From an uncultured delta proteobacterium (GTDB lineage: Bacteria > Desulfobacterota > Desulfobacteria > Desulfobacterales > B30-G6), in contig CAWGLD010000004.1 in NCBI GenBank assembly GCA_963823335.1, positions 96,001-160,000 of the forward strand: a stretch of 64,000 bases of DNA, in the 5' to 3' direction. Below the pieces are notes generated by a model. The model was not told the origin of the DNA, made no database searches, and was given only the letters and a program-made list of their open reading frames with translations. Both the position numbers and the translations under genes were made by a program. Within the stretch, counting starts at the first letter, position 1. Every line of letters starts with the position of its first letter. Of this stretch, positions 49,301 to 60,014 are shown one piece after another.

Positions 49301-50434
49301 CTACACTTGATCGCGCCATATCTCAAGCAGTGTTAAATCATCATTTACCTTAGCATTTCCGCGCCATATTTTGATTTCATCCAAAAGTCCCTTTCCCCTC
49401 GGCGATCCTTTATTCTCTTTAATATATCGAATCAATCGATTATTACCGAATAGCTCTTTATTTTCATTTTCTGCTTCGATAACGCCATCTGTGAAAAGAA
49501 GAACGGATTCTCCAGGAGATAGCATAATCTCTTGTTTTTCAAAAAGAACATTCGGCATTACGCCCAATGAAATTCCATTCAACTGAGGCAGGTTTCCAAT
49601 ACCGTCGTCAACGATCCACAAAGGCTGCAAATGACCGCCCAATGCTAATTGCATTTTTCCACTGACAGGCCAATATTTCACAAGAACAATTGTTGCAAAA
49701 AACCCTTCTTCGGATATCAGGCTGTACAGACTGTTATTAATGGATTCAAGGAGTTTACCAATTTCGATTTGAGTTTGGGCTTCACTACGGATTTTAGTTG
49801 ATAATGCAGCCATAATCAAAGCAGCAGGAACACCTTTATCTGAAACATCAGCTACATACGCCAGCAAGCTTCCATCATGCATTGGAATTACATCGTATAA
49901 ATCGCCGCCAACATATGTCGCAGGAACAGATACTGCCCAAATATGTCCCCCTGCTTCAAGTTCTGGAATTTCTGGCCAGAACAAAGATTGAATTTTGGTA
50001 GCAGTCTTAAGCTGTATTTTAAGCTGAGACGACTGCTCAATTACTGTGTCATGTAACAATTTAATCCGTAGCATCGACTTAACTCGAGCGACAAGTGCAG
50101 CGTGATCTACTGGCTTAGTTAAGTATTCATCACCACCTGCTTCAAGCCCAGCGACGACATCTTTTGAGTCCGATTTTGCGGTAACCAAGATGATCGGCAT
50201 AAAAGGCAAGGAAGGGTCTCCTTTAAGACGTCGACAAACCTCTAAACCATCTAATTTGGGCATCATAATGTCCAGCAGAATCAAATCGGGATGCTTTTCT
50301 CTAGCCATAGCCAGACCCAGTTGACCATCTGTCGCAGTGATAATATCATAATCATTTGCTAAAAGGCGCATTTGCAATATTTCTACATTCGCGGGACTAT
50401 CATCAACAATGAGGATCAGTGGTGGTTCTCTCAT
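49301..50434 (-). CDS. Response regulator with PP2C/SpoIIE phosphatase output (RsbU-like)
   Basis: REC domain (ILIVDD, DIMMP, KP) plus GGDLYD, ADVSDKG, FTDGV and DDLT. Confidence 0.9.
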   Translation of the reverse strand: MREPPLILIVDDSPANVEILQMRLLANDYDIITATDGQLGLAMAREKHPDLILLDIMMPKLDGLEVCRRLKGDPSLPFMPIILVTAKSDSKDVVAGLEAGGDEYLTKPVDHAALVARVKSMLRIKLLHDTVIEQSSQLKIQLKTATKIQSLFWPEIPELEAGGHIWAVSVPATYVGGDLYDVIPMHDGSLLAYVADVSDKGVPAALIMAALSTKIRSEAQTQIEIGKLLESINNSLYSLISEEGFFATIVLVKYWPVSGKMQLALGGHLQPLWIVDDGIGNLPQLNGISLGVMPNVLFEKQEIMLSPGESVLLFTDGVIEAENENKELFGNNRLIRYIKENKGSPRGKGLLDEIKIWRGNAKVNDDLTLLEIWRDQV

Positions 50435-50453
50435 GTGTACCCTTTACTAAGGT

Positions 50454-50819
50454 CTATTGTAAAATATCACGGATTTTAATTAAGAGTGCTCGCGGACTAA
50501 ATGGTTTCGACACATATGCGTCGCAACCAGCCTCAAATGCCTTAACATCATCCCCGCTAAGGGCATATGAAGTGACTGCAATAATCGGAATTGAACTAAG
50601 AGCAGGCATGGCTTTGATCCTCCGTGTAGCTTCATATCCATCAAAGTCTGGTAATTGAATATCCATTAGAATTAGATCAGGGTGATGGGTCTCGGCTGCA
50701 CGAACCCCCTCCTCACCGGTGACCGCCTCTACTATTTCATAATCAGCGCTTGTAAGAAGATCTCGCATAATACGCCGATTATCCTCTTGGTCTTCGATAA
50801 CTAATATGAGCTTACTCAT
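50454..50819 (-). CDS. Single-domain response regulator (DivK-like)
   Basis: ILVIED, LMDIQLP, AVTSYA and KP. Confidence 0.9.
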   Translation of the reverse strand: MSKLILVIEDQEDNRRIMRDLLTSADYEIVEAVTGEEGVRAAETHHPDLILMDIQLPDFDGYEATRRIKAMPALSSIPIIAVTSYALSGDDVKAFEAGCDAYVSKPFSPRALLIKIRDILQ

Positions 50820-50820
50820 T

Positions 50821-52869
50821 TTACTTCATTTGCCTTTCGACTCGAATCGGCAACATAAACCAAAACCGAGAGCCTTCACCGAGAGCGGACTCCACTCCTA
50901 TCTGCCCCCCGTGCATTTCAACGATTTTTTTTGAGATGGAAAGTCCGAGACCAGTTCCACCTTTTACTCGAGTGCTGGATCCGTCAGCCTGTTGAAATTC
51001 TTCGAATATCTTTTCCTGGTTAACTTCAGAAAGCCCGATCCCTGTGTCAGTTACAGAGATCAAAAAAGATCCATTGAAAAGAGCTACTTCCACTTTAACT
51101 TCTCCTTGTTCGGTAAATTTAATTGCATTCCCGAGAAGGTTAAGTATCACTTGGGCTATGCGTTGTTCATCTCCCTTGCCTTTTTCGAGACTCTTTGGGA
51201 CTATAACCTTCAAATCAAGGTTCTTTTCCACCGCTAACGCCTCAACGGATGTGATGGCAGTCTGAATTGTATCCTGAATCGAATAGTCGTTTAAAGAAAG
51301 TGTAAGCCTGCCAGCTTCAATTTTGGAAAGATCGAGTACATCATTAATCAAGCTAAGGAGATGGCGCCCATTTTTTTCCACGCGTTCAAGGACCTCTCGA
51401 ATTTTTTCTGGGACCTCACCGTAAATGTTATCTATAATCAATTCCGAATAACCAAGAATGGCATTCAAAGGTGTTCTAAGTTCGTGGCTCATGTTGGCAA
51501 GAAACTCGGATTTATGTTTGTTGGCAATCTCAAGCTCTCGTCCCTTATGTTCGATTTCGCGGAAAAGTCGAGCATTATGAATAGCTACAACTGATTGGGC
51601 TGCAAATGTTTGAAGCATTTCAACAACCGGGGGTGGAAACTCACCTGACGTCTTTCTTCGGACGACCAAGCCTCCAATGATTCGGTTTTCGCGTAGCAAT
51701 GGAAAGGCAAGCAAGGCTCGGTAGCCTGCTTCTTGAACGGACTGAAGAAGAGGGTAATCTGGTACATTTGAAAGATCCGGAATTTGATCCGGTGCCCGAT
51801 TTTTAGCAGCTTGGCCGATTACTGTTTTGTCTCCCACTTGGAGTCTATACTCTCGCAATGTGTCGATGAACTCTTCATTCAGGCCGTAGTTTATCCGTGG
51901 TATAAAGATTTGCTCTGTTTCGTCAAATTCGTAAATCGTTCCGGCATCTGTCTTTGAAAGCAGTACCGCATGGCGAACAATGCTTGTCAACACCTTCTCA
52001 ATATCGAGAGTGGAACTAACCGCCTGGCTTACTTCCCCTAAAGCTTTCAATTCTTCTACTGATCGAGCAAGTTCTTTGGTACGCAATTCAACTTTTTCTT
52101 CTAAAGAGCGGCTGTAACCCTCTATTTTTATCTTGCTCTCACTCAGTTCTGTAAATAACTTCTTGATGGCATGCCGCATATCATCAAGATGCTGGGCCAG
52201 AGTCCCAATCTCGTCATTGCTGCTTTTGTCCACAAATGTTTCTAAATCTCCTTGTGCAATCAGAGCCGCTGATGCTTGTAATTTCTGCAATGGCGCAGAG
52301 ATATAACGTCTTGTGATGAAGATAGAAGTGAGCCAAATTGCGGTTATAATGAGGATTAATAAGGCAATCGTACCGTAAATTTGAAAAATCGCCTGCCTTT
52401 TTACTTCCTCACGCGACATTACGATTAAGATCTTGCTGATGATGTTTTTCTTATAGTAGATATCGGATGATTTGGCTATCAGGTCAGAATTTTGAACCAA
52501 AATCGGAGAGAACTCTGAATCAATATTTTTGTGTTGAAAACTGTGACGTTTTCGCTCAGTGATAATTTTGTTTTCCCAAGATATTTTTAAATAAACCATT
52601 GAGTCATCTAGAAACAATGCCTCGACAAAATCATTTACGACAATGTAGTTCAAATTCCACAGTGGTATAGGGAGACTATTCTCCGCAAACAAGATTGCGT
52701 TATCTAGTCGCTTTTGCATCACTGACTCAATTTTATTGACGTCATACATTATGACGATTACAGTAAATGCGATTAATAATAGGGCGATGATACTGATTAA
52801 GGTGTAGCTGAAACGGCGACTGATACTGCTGGCCTTAGAAGAGCTTGTAGATGAGAAGGGGTTCTGCAT
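50821..52869 (-). CDS. Membrane histidine kinase with HAMP and GAF domains
   Basis: Two TM, HAMP (DEIGTLA), GAF, MSHELRTPL, NLLGNAIKF and GGTGLGL. Confidence 0.92.
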   Translation of the reverse strand: MQNPFSSTSSSKASSISRRFSYTLISIIALLLIAFTVIVIMYDVNKIESVMQKRLDNAILFAENSLPIPLWNLNYIVVNDFVEALFLDDSMVYLKISWENKIITERKRHSFQHKNIDSEFSPILVQNSDLIAKSSDIYYKKNIISKILIVMSREEVKRQAIFQIYGTIALLILIITAIWLTSIFITRRYISAPLQKLQASAALIAQGDLETFVDKSSNDEIGTLAQHLDDMRHAIKKLFTELSESKIKIEGYSRSLEEKVELRTKELARSVEELKALGEVSQAVSSTLDIEKVLTSIVRHAVLLSKTDAGTIYEFDETEQIFIPRINYGLNEEFIDTLREYRLQVGDKTVIGQAAKNRAPDQIPDLSNVPDYPLLQSVQEAGYRALLAFPLLRENRIIGGLVVRRKTSGEFPPPVVEMLQTFAAQSVVAIHNARLFREIEHKGRELEIANKHKSEFLANMSHELRTPLNAILGYSELIIDNIYGEVPEKIREVLERVEKNGRHLLSLINDVLDLSKIEAGRLTLSLNDYSIQDTIQTAITSVEALAVEKNLDLKVIVPKSLEKGKGDEQRIAQVILNLLGNAIKFTEQGEVKVEVALFNGSFLISVTDTGIGLSEVNQEKIFEEFQQADGSSTRVKGGTGLGLSISKKIVEMHGGQIGVESALGEGSRFWFMLPIRVERQMK

Positions 52870-52941
52870 GGACCTTATCCTCTATAGGGTAGAATATCAG
52901 CCATTTTTTAGTGGAATCTTTTTAAAAATGGTAATCATGTC

Positions 52942-53706
52942 CTAATTATTTATCTCTGGGAATGGATCATCGTCTAATCTTTTATTCCAATTTTTACGAA
53001 TCTGCAGAATAGTGCCATCAGATGACAAGGCATCAAAAGCATCCTTCCACCTTTTGACTATTAAATCTGAAGTCTTTTTTGAAAAAGCGATCATAAGATC
53101 AATTTCACGCAGATGATAGACCTCATGAAACTCAGTGTGATCAACACCAGCTAATTCACAGACCGTTCTCATGCCTGGTATTTTATAGGCCCATAGGTCT
53201 ATTCGTCCGAGCGCAAGCTTTTTTGCATTTAACTGTTCATCTGAAACAGGATCAAGATTTGTAAATCCATAGGATTCTAATAATCGCCCACGCGTATCAT
53301 CTCGCAGTGTCCCTATTTGTTTTACCTTTTTAGCATCTTCTATTGTATTAATCGTGATACCTGAGCCTTTTTTTGCGACGAGAATATCTCTTTTCGTTGC
53401 CAACGGTCCAACCCATTTGAATTTATCATGGCGTTCCTTGCTATACGTCATCCCAAACAATATTACATTTTTATTTTCCAGAGCCATTTTGTAAGCTCTT
53501 GACCATGGATAAACTTGTATTGGCTCCAAAGATCCTACCTTTTTCTGAATCTCTTTCACAATCTCCACAGAAGGACCAACTAGCACACCATTTTCTACAT
53601 AATTTAATGGTGGCAAATTTTCTGTTAAAATAGTGAGCTCTTCGCAATAGATAGATTGGCTTCCAAGTAGAACGATTGCCACAAGAATAAAAAAAGCTTT
53701 TTTCAT
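52942..53706 (-). CDS. Periplasmic solute-binding protein, family 3
   Basis: Signal peptide, TENLPPLNY, PWSRA, FKWVGP and GRIDLW. Confidence 0.8.
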   Translation of the reverse strand: MKKAFFILVAIVLLGSQSIYCEELTILTENLPPLNYVENGVLVGPSVEIVKEIQKKVGSLEPIQVYPWSRAYKMALENKNVILFGMTYSKERHDKFKWVGPLATKRDILVAKKGSGITINTIEDAKKVKQIGTLRDDTRGRLLESYGFTNLDPVSDEQLNAKKLALGRIDLWAYKIPGMRTVCELAGVDHTEFHEVYHLREIDLMIAFSKKTSDLIVKRWKDAFDALSSDGTILQIRKNWNKRLDDDPFPEINN

Positions 53707-54328
53707 AACACCCCCCTGTAAAATTTACTATTTACAGCCAATAATATCGCCCCGTCTACTTGTGGATATTTATTCTTTGGAAATAATGAACAGCTTAATT
53801 ACTTGTGTATAAATGGATGATGATCTTTTTTGATAGATAAGACCAGATGAGAAGGAGCTCAGATTGAGAACAGTTTATGCGATTCAGTACGAGATCAAAT
53901 GTAATTTTAGAGTGTTATAAGATTAATACATGACATGGGGGAACGGGTCAAGGATTTGCTGTTTCCAAGATGATTGATTGGGATATCTTGTCCGAAAACC
54001 AAATATCGCTGAACCTTTGATTGATGGAGACAAGTCCAGTTATCAAGTTCAACGGAAATATTGCCGATACCATTCGGTCATCCCCACGGTACCATGGGAA
54101 CCACTATTAATTCAAGATTCGGTCGGTTGTGATTATTTTCGCACACCGGTAATTTTTAGGGTGCCTGATATTTACCGTTTTGTTGGAGCAACCGTGTTCG
54201 GAGTCAAGTCCTAATTTTGCTGCCAAAGCTTTTGATCCCGAAGCATCGCGTTTGTGACTATCAGCAATTTACGCATGTCAAAAGAGTTAGAAACGATGCC
54301 TGTGTTGTTGTAACATCCCGCAAAAATT

Positions 54329-55225
54329 CTAATTAATATACACAGTCCCTTTTTTAAGACCCCTGCCATATTTGATCTGTGGATTCTCTTTCAATAATGG
54401 TCGATCAGCTTGTATCGGTATGCCTTCAATGTTTGGGTTACATTTGAGCATGTACTGGAAAGCATTGTAAACTGATTGTTTCTCCTCTTTTATACCATTG
54501 TGTAAAAACCCATCAAAAAGACACTTTACAAAGGGCCACTCATCCTGTTTCCATCTTAATGTTTTTATGGTTTGATGAATAGCTAAATCAGCTTGGCTGA
54601 TAATCACTGTGTTATCAAGTTTCAGCGCAATATCTGTGAATTGCCCAGAAAAACACTGGTTCAAGATCACAACAATTTGCTTGGCCTTAATTCTTGCCAA
54701 TCTCTCCTGAAATTCAAGACGACTTAGGGCACCATCTGGAAATATCATAACTCCTGTAGTTCCAACGCATTTAGATTTATCAAATTCAGGCACATGTTCT
54801 ATATTTGGTAATGTTTCATATTTTTTAAACACTAAATCAATATTGCCATGTCCAGATCTAAATATTACAAGCGAATCAGTTGAATCTATCATATTCTCAA
54901 GGCGGTTTAATTCGTCTAAAAATATTTTTTTTGTAGCATTCCTTTCAACAATGGAGTGGTTTGACTTTTTGCCGCCATAGAATAAAATTTTAATATTTTC
55001 TTCGCAATAACCCAATTTTATAAGGGTATTAGAAACATATACAATATTTTTGAAGAAAGAATCGTAATTATCCAATTCTGTAACCCCCCCACCAACCAAC
55101 AAGGCATACTTTTGGGATTCGTTATTTTTATGTTTTACTGTGGGATTAAACGAATAGACGGATACTGTTGAAATGATACTGATCAGCAGCATTAAAAGGA
55201 CAGCTTTGTTGACTGAATTGATCAT
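54329..55225 (-). CDS. Secreted clan CD (C13/caspase-like) peptidase
   Basis: Signal peptide, KYALLVGG, VIFRSGHG and VILNQCFSG (His-Cys dyad). Confidence 0.65.
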   Translation of the reverse strand: MINSVNKAVLLMLLISIISTVSVYSFNPTVKHKNNESQKYALLVGGGVTELDNYDSFFKNIVYVSNTLIKLGYCEENIKILFYGGKKSNHSIVERNATKKIFLDELNRLENMIDSTDSLVIFRSGHGNIDLVFKKYETLPNIEHVPEFDKSKCVGTTGVMIFPDGALSRLEFQERLARIKAKQIVVILNQCFSGQFTDIALKLDNTVIISQADLAIHQTIKTLRWKQDEWPFVKCLFDGFLHNGIKEEKQSVYNAFQYMLKCNPNIEGIPIQADRPLLKENPQIKYGRGLKKGTVYIN

Positions 55226-55364
55226 AGTTATCAGTAATCCATATGTGACGTTGGTACTGACAGGTATAGTATGAGATTAGATCAGGTATATTTAATTGAA
55301 CCAGATTGAGGTCAGATGTGATTTAAGCGTGTAATAAAAACAATACATATTTGGTTAGGATATG

Positions 55365-55673
55365 TCAAGGATTAGCTATCTTAAAGGATGGTTCTTGGGG
55401 ATAACGAGAAATTGACTCGGCGTTGGCTCTCACCAGGTATTCACGACACCCGAAAATCGTTGATCCTTGACCCTCGAAATCTTCATGCGTGAGGCCAGTA
55501 TCTTCGATGGTTGCGGCGAAGACCTCAGGTGGCCGGGGCGCAAAAGGTGGGCAGTCAATCTGGATAGACAGACGTGCTGGATCTCCCCATGTCTGATAGC
55601 GCACTTGGTCCTCTGGGCAAACTGGCTGCCTCCCCTCCTCATCAGCTGGAACCATATTATAACCCCCTCTCAT
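55365..55673 (-). CDS. Hypothetical protein
   Basis: GC-richer ORF within AT-rich flanks; no recognised motif. Confidence 0.3.
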   Translation of the reverse strand: MRGGYNMVPADEEGRQPVCPEDQVRYQTWGDPARLSIQIDCPPFAPRPPEVFAATIEDTGLTHEDFEGQGSTIFGCREYLVRANAESISRYPQEPSFKIANP

Positions 55674-55769
55674 AGTTAATGTATAACTTTAGATATTATT
55701 CATATATTACTGATTATATTATTGAGCCTGCATGACACTGACAGGCTTATCAGATAGGCTTGTAACAGG

Positions 55770-56114
55770 TTATATTGATGGTGTTGCGCCCCCTGTCAAC
55801 CCATTCAGCAGGTTTACAGCATTACGTTTGTGATCAGAACTCAGATGGGAATACCGCAGGGTCATGGTCATGGTTTTATGGCCCAGCAACTCCTGGACAT
55901 CCTTCAGCGATCCACCCCGCATGATAACCTGTGATGAAAAAGTATGCCTGAGGTCGTGGAAACGAAAATCCTGGAGGCCTGACCTCACCACAGCGGCCTT
56001 GAACCCTTTTTTGATATTACCCAAGGGCTTGTCATTGAACGTGAAAACATATTCAGACGTCAAGTGCTGCTCTTTCCGAATCGTTCGAAATACAATACAC
56101 CAATGTTTCGACAT
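55770..56114 (-). pseudogene. Tyrosine recombinase/integrase C-terminal fragment
   Basis: FHDLRHTF, QELLGHK and LRY catalytic motifs; the N-terminal two thirds are missing. Confidence 0.85.
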
Positions 56115-56214
56115 TACAGTAAGAGATTAAACCAAACACTATTTGTCTAATTTATAACGTAATATTATATTGTTATGTTCATTTTAATATGTTTTATTTT
56201 TTTAAAATTCTATA

Positions 56215-56243
56215 TTGACATGTGCATGTATGTGCATTAATGT
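56215..56243 (+). promoter_or_regulatory. sigma70-like promoter with overlapping candidate ArsR operator
   Basis: TTGACA-17 bp-TAATGT; GTGCA-N6-TGCAT lies between the boxes and is repeated as ATGCA-N6-TGCAT at 56625-56640 before arsM. Confidence 0.55.
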
Positions 56244-56603
56244 ATGTTTATGAAATTGATAACCGCCCCACAAAAAAGAGTTGCCGCAGAAGACCTGATC
56301 AACGCATTCGATTCGAAATTCTTCAAAACGATGAGCGAGCCAGTTCGAATGCAGATCATGAAGTTTTTATTGCTGAACGGACGGTCTGACATAGCAACCA
56401 TTGCCGACAACATGCCCCAGGATCGGTCCGTGATTTCCAGGCATTTAAATCTGATGTCCGAAGTGGGTATTTTAAAGTGTGAAAAAGAAACCCGGCATGT
56501 ATTCTACGAAATCGATGGAAATGTCTTTCTTGACAAATTAGAAAGCATGACTCAACAGATTCGAAAATGCATGCCTCTCTGTTGTCCCGACTGTTTGAAA
56601 TGA
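56244..56603 (+). CDS. arsR: ArsR/SmtB family repressor with C-terminal cysteines
   Basis: FFKTMSEPVR, SVISRHL..M..VG and C-terminal CMPLCCPDC; adjacent to arsM. Confidence 0.8.
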   Translation: MFMKLITAPQKRVAAEDLINAFDSKFFKTMSEPVRMQIMKFLLLNGRSDIATIADNMPQDRSVISRHLNLMSEVGILKCEKETRHVFYEIDGNVFLDKLESMTQQIRKCMPLCCPDCLK

Positions 56604-56662
56604 AGTGTTTTTTTGTCTAAATTTATGCATATGGGTGCATATAAACACAAAAGGAGCAAAGA

Positions 56663-57538
56663 ATGGCATCACAGAGTAAGAGTGAGGTAAGACGGAATGT
56701 AAGAGCATACTACGGCAAAATAGCCGAGTCCGCAAAACTGAATCCGGTTGGATTTCAATATTCATCCTGTTGCGACCCCTCATCCAGTAATGTGGATACT
56801 GTGGAATCTGGATCGTGCTGCGCTGGCAACAAGGATTTCCCCGCAAAAGAGATATCAAGGGCACTGGGATACTCCAAAAAGGATATGAATCATGTTCCCA
56901 AAGGATCGAACATGGGTCTTGGCTGTGGTAACCCCAAGGCCATTGCGGCATTAAAATTCGGGGAGGCTGTATTGGATCTGGGAAGCGGCGGTGGATTCGA
57001 CTGCTTCCTGGCTTCACGGGAAGTCGGAGAAACCGGGAAAGTGATCGGCGTGGACATGACACCTGACATGCTGGAAAAGGCAAGGCAAAACATAGTGAAG
57101 TCCGGTGTGACCAATGTAGAGTTCAGGCTGGGTGAGATCGAACATCTGCCTGTAGCAAACGCCAGCATCGATGTCATCATGTCCAATTGCGTCATCAACC
57201 TGTCACCTGATAAGCAACAGGTATTCGACGACGCCTTCAGGGTACTGAAACCGGGTGGTAGGTTGGCCATCTCGGATGTCGTCGCTAAAACCCAACTACC
57301 AGAGTCTTTGAAATGCAGTGTGACGATGATCTCATCCTGTATCGGTGGAGCGGAAACCATCGAGAATCTGTCGACAATGTTGAGAAAATCCGGATTTAAA
57401 GATGTGCGCATTCGACCGGTTGATGAAAGCGTTGAATTCATACGCACATGGGTCCCAGGTCGGAATATTGAGGATTATGTAATATCAGCAACGATAGAGG
57501 CGATAAAACCTGCTGAAGGAGAAAATGAAAATGAATAA
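56663..57538 (+). CDS. arsM: Arsenite S-adenosylmethionine methyltransferase
   Basis: GLGCGNP, VLDLGSGGGFDC, GVDMT, SNCVINL and SCIGGA. Confidence 0.9.
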   Translation: MASQSKSEVRRNVRAYYGKIAESAKLNPVGFQYSSCCDPSSSNVDTVESGSCCAGNKDFPAKEISRALGYSKKDMNHVPKGSNMGLGCGNPKAIAALKFGEAVLDLGSGGGFDCFLASREVGETGKVIGVDMTPDMLEKARQNIVKSGVTNVEFRLGEIEHLPVANASIDVIMSNCVINLSPDKQQVFDDAFRVLKPGGRLAISDVVAKTQLPESLKCSVTMISSCIGGAETIENLSTMLRKSGFKDVRIRPVDESVEFIRTWVPGRNIEDYVISATIEAIKPAEGENENE

Positions 57539-57989
57539 AAGCATGCGAACACCTGATGAGGTCGTCACCCGAATGATAGAATTATCCGAAAAACAATACA
57601 ACTGCAGCCAGATCATCATGGCCCTTTTTTTGGAGCAGGAGAAAGAGGAAAATCCAGATCTTATGCGAGCGATGGCAGGTCTTGGCAATGGCTGCGGTTT
57701 TTTTATGGAAACCTGTGGTATCATGACAGGAGGGGCTAGTGTAATGGCCTTCTACGGCGGGAAAGGGGCAGATAACGAGATCGAGTCCGATCATTTGCTG
57801 CCGATGCTTGAAGACCTGGGCGACTGGTTCCGCAGAAAAACTGCGAAAAAATGCAATGGTACACGCTGCAAGGATATCGCAGGTGATTTGGTTGGGACGC
57901 CCGAAGTAAAGCAAATTTGCGGTGGATTGATATTTCAGGGTTATATCAAAATCAATGAAATCCTGACCACCTACAATGTAAACCGGTGA
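57525..57989 (+). CDS. C-GCAxxG-C-C family putative redox protein
   Basis: YNCSQ, GLGNG..TCGIMTGG, TRC and ICG cysteine pattern. Confidence 0.8.
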   Translation: MKMNKSMRTPDEVVTRMIELSEKQYNCSQIIMALFLEQEKEENPDLMRAMAGLGNGCGFFMETCGIMTGGASVMAFYGGKGADNEIESDHLLPMLEDLGDWFRRKTAKKCNGTRCKDIAGDLVGTPEVKQICGGLIFQGYIKINEILTTYNVNR

Positions 57990-58017
57990 ACACCGGATAT
58001 CGCTGACGGATTAAACC

Positions 58018-58755
58018 ATGCCCAAAGTAACATTCCGCTTTTATGAGGAATTAAATGATTTTCTTCCAATGTATAGAAGAAAAACTGATTTTGAAGCAAT
58101 GTTTAAAGGAAAAAGGTCAATAAAAGATATGATAGAATCTCTTGGCGTTCCCCATACAGAAGTTGACCTTATATTGGTGGATGGAGAATCAGTAGATTTT
58201 AATTATATTCTCCAAGATAAAGACCGCGTAAGCGTATATCCTGTTTTTGAATCTTTCAATATTACCAATGTTACTCATCTTAGAAAGATCCCTCTTCGCA
58301 GGAATAAATTTATAGCCGATATCAACCTTGGGAATATCGTTAAATACATGCGAGCCCTGGGACTTGATCTATTTTACGATTCCTCGTTCTCCACTCGTGA
58401 AATAATTGAAATATCCAAAAGAGAAAACAGGATAATCCTGACGAAAGACAGCAAGCTCCTTAAATTCAAAGATGTAAGCCATGGAATTTATATACATCCT
58501 GGTACAACGATAGAACAGATAAGACGAATCCTCAATTACCTGGATATTAAAGATGACATCAAGCCTTTTTCAAGATGTCTTCAATGCAATACCCTTTTAG
58601 ATGTTGTACCAAAAAATAAAATCTTAGATAAAATCCCTCCAATGACAAAAGAGTTCTGCGATAAATATGTTCAATGCGGATCCTGTGATAAAATTTATTG
58701 GGAAGGAACTCATTTTATAAATATGAAAAAGGTTTTAAAACAAATACTCGCTTAA
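58018..58755 (+). CDS. Mut7-C RNase domain protein with ubiquitin-like N-terminus
   Basis: FRFYEELNDFLP, ESLGVPHTEV, FIADINLG, SRCLQCN and CGSCDKIYWEGTH. Confidence 0.88.
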   Translation: MPKVTFRFYEELNDFLPMYRRKTDFEAMFKGKRSIKDMIESLGVPHTEVDLILVDGESVDFNYILQDKDRVSVYPVFESFNITNVTHLRKIPLRRNKFIADINLGNIVKYMRALGLDLFYDSSFSTREIIEISKRENRIILTKDSKLLKFKDVSHGIYIHPGTTIEQIRRILNYLDIKDDIKPFSRCLQCNTLLDVVPKNKILDKIPPMTKEFCDKYVQCGSCDKIYWEGTHFINMKKVLKQILA

Positions 58756-58988
58756 TCTTTTTCAAATTTCTGTTATTAGACTATTTCTTCATTAAACTTA
58801 TATGTTATGCTAATGCCGGTTTTATCAGAAATCGGATTTTTTGCGTTTTGTGACCCACTCGTGCCCAACAGGATTTGGAGGGTGTCATGGCCGGCGCCCA
58901 GATACAAACCGTCAATTTGATCGAAGCGTTAGAGCAAAGTGCCAAGCGACATGGACTAACTGCTCGTTCCACAAGAAAGGATCCCAAT

Positions 58989-60014
58989 ATGCCGATACCT
59001 GGAAAGCTGCTTACCACCGCCATGGCTGTCATGCCTCACATCGATGTGGATCAAGCACTCGATGCCGCCCTCTCTCTAGATATACCCTTCTGGCCGCAGC
59101 TGCCGAATTACAACTATTATGAAGACATGTACGTTCAGGCCTCAGAACATTTTCCTGGCATCCTGCTGGATTTAGAAAAGCGAACCCTGAGGTTTTCGTT
59201 GGATAAATTTATCGAAGAATTTGAAGAATCCCAAGCCCGTTTCGATGATCCGTCCTATTTTGACATCAGCCCGACATTCTCTGCCGTATATCATCGGTTT
59301 TTAGAACTCGATCTATCAAACAGGACTGCAATTAGAGGACAATTGGAAGGACCCATCAGTTTTGGGTTCAACATTCTCGACCAGAATGAACGGCCAATTC
59401 TATTTGATGATACGATTCGCCCGTTCATGTTTGAATTCATGACCAAACGCATTAACGTACAATTAAAACGCCTAAAAAAGCGAAATGCTAATGCATTTAT
59501 GTTTGTTGATGAACCGGGCCTGCAGTTTCTGTTTTCAGCCATGTCGGGTTATGATGATCGAAAGGCCAAAAAGGACATGGATGATTTTTTTGCCATGATC
59601 GATCGTCCACGTGGTGTCCATCTATGTGGAAACCCTGACTGGGACTTTTTGCTGAACACGGATCTGGACGTGCTTTCCTTGGATGTGTTCACCAATGGAG
59701 AAATCTTTGCTTCCTATGGGGACAGCATCCTGCGCTATCTGAAACGGGGTGGTGTTCTGGTGTGGGGTATCGTGCCAACCGGCTTTGAAGACTTCTCAAC
59801 CGCGAACATAAGTGCACTGGGAAAGCAGCTTGAATACATATGGGATCACCTAGCCCGAAAAGGCATCGATTTGGACATGCTACTGCACCAAAGCCTGTTG
59901 TCGCCGGCAACCTGCTGTCTGGTCAACCCGGACAAGGAGAAAACGGTAGAAAAGGCGTTTGCCATGATCAATGAGCTTTCACAGTTTTTAAGAAAGAAGT
60001 TTGGATTCGCCTGA
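58989..60014 (+). CDS. Single-barrel MetE-like (core methionine synthase-like) protein
   Basis: PFWPQLP, QLEGPISF, FVDEPGL, GVHLCGN, WGIVPT and SPATCCL; start MPIPG at 58989. Confidence 0.6.
   Translation: MPIPGKLLTTAMAVMPHIDVDQALDAALSLDIPFWPQLPNYNYYEDMYVQASEHFPGILLDLEKRTLRFSLDKFIEEFEESQARFDDPSYFDISPTFSAVYHRFLELDLSNRTAIRGQLEGPISFGFNILDQNERPILFDDTIRPFMFEFMTKRINVQLKRLKKRNANAFMFVDEPGLQFLFSAMSGYDDRKAKKDMDDFFAMIDRPRGVHLCGNPDWDFLLNTDLDVLSLDVFTNGEIFASYGDSILRYLKRGGVLVWGIVPTGFEDFSTANISALGKQLEYIWDHLARKGIDLDMLLHQSLLSPATCCLVNPDKEKTVEKAFAMINELSQFLRKKFGFA

Noticed and set aside
55770-56114. Integrase as the enzyme mobilising the cassettes, or as a prophage marker
   Set aside because: It is truncated, no arms lie nearby, and no phage genes, tRNA or att site were found.
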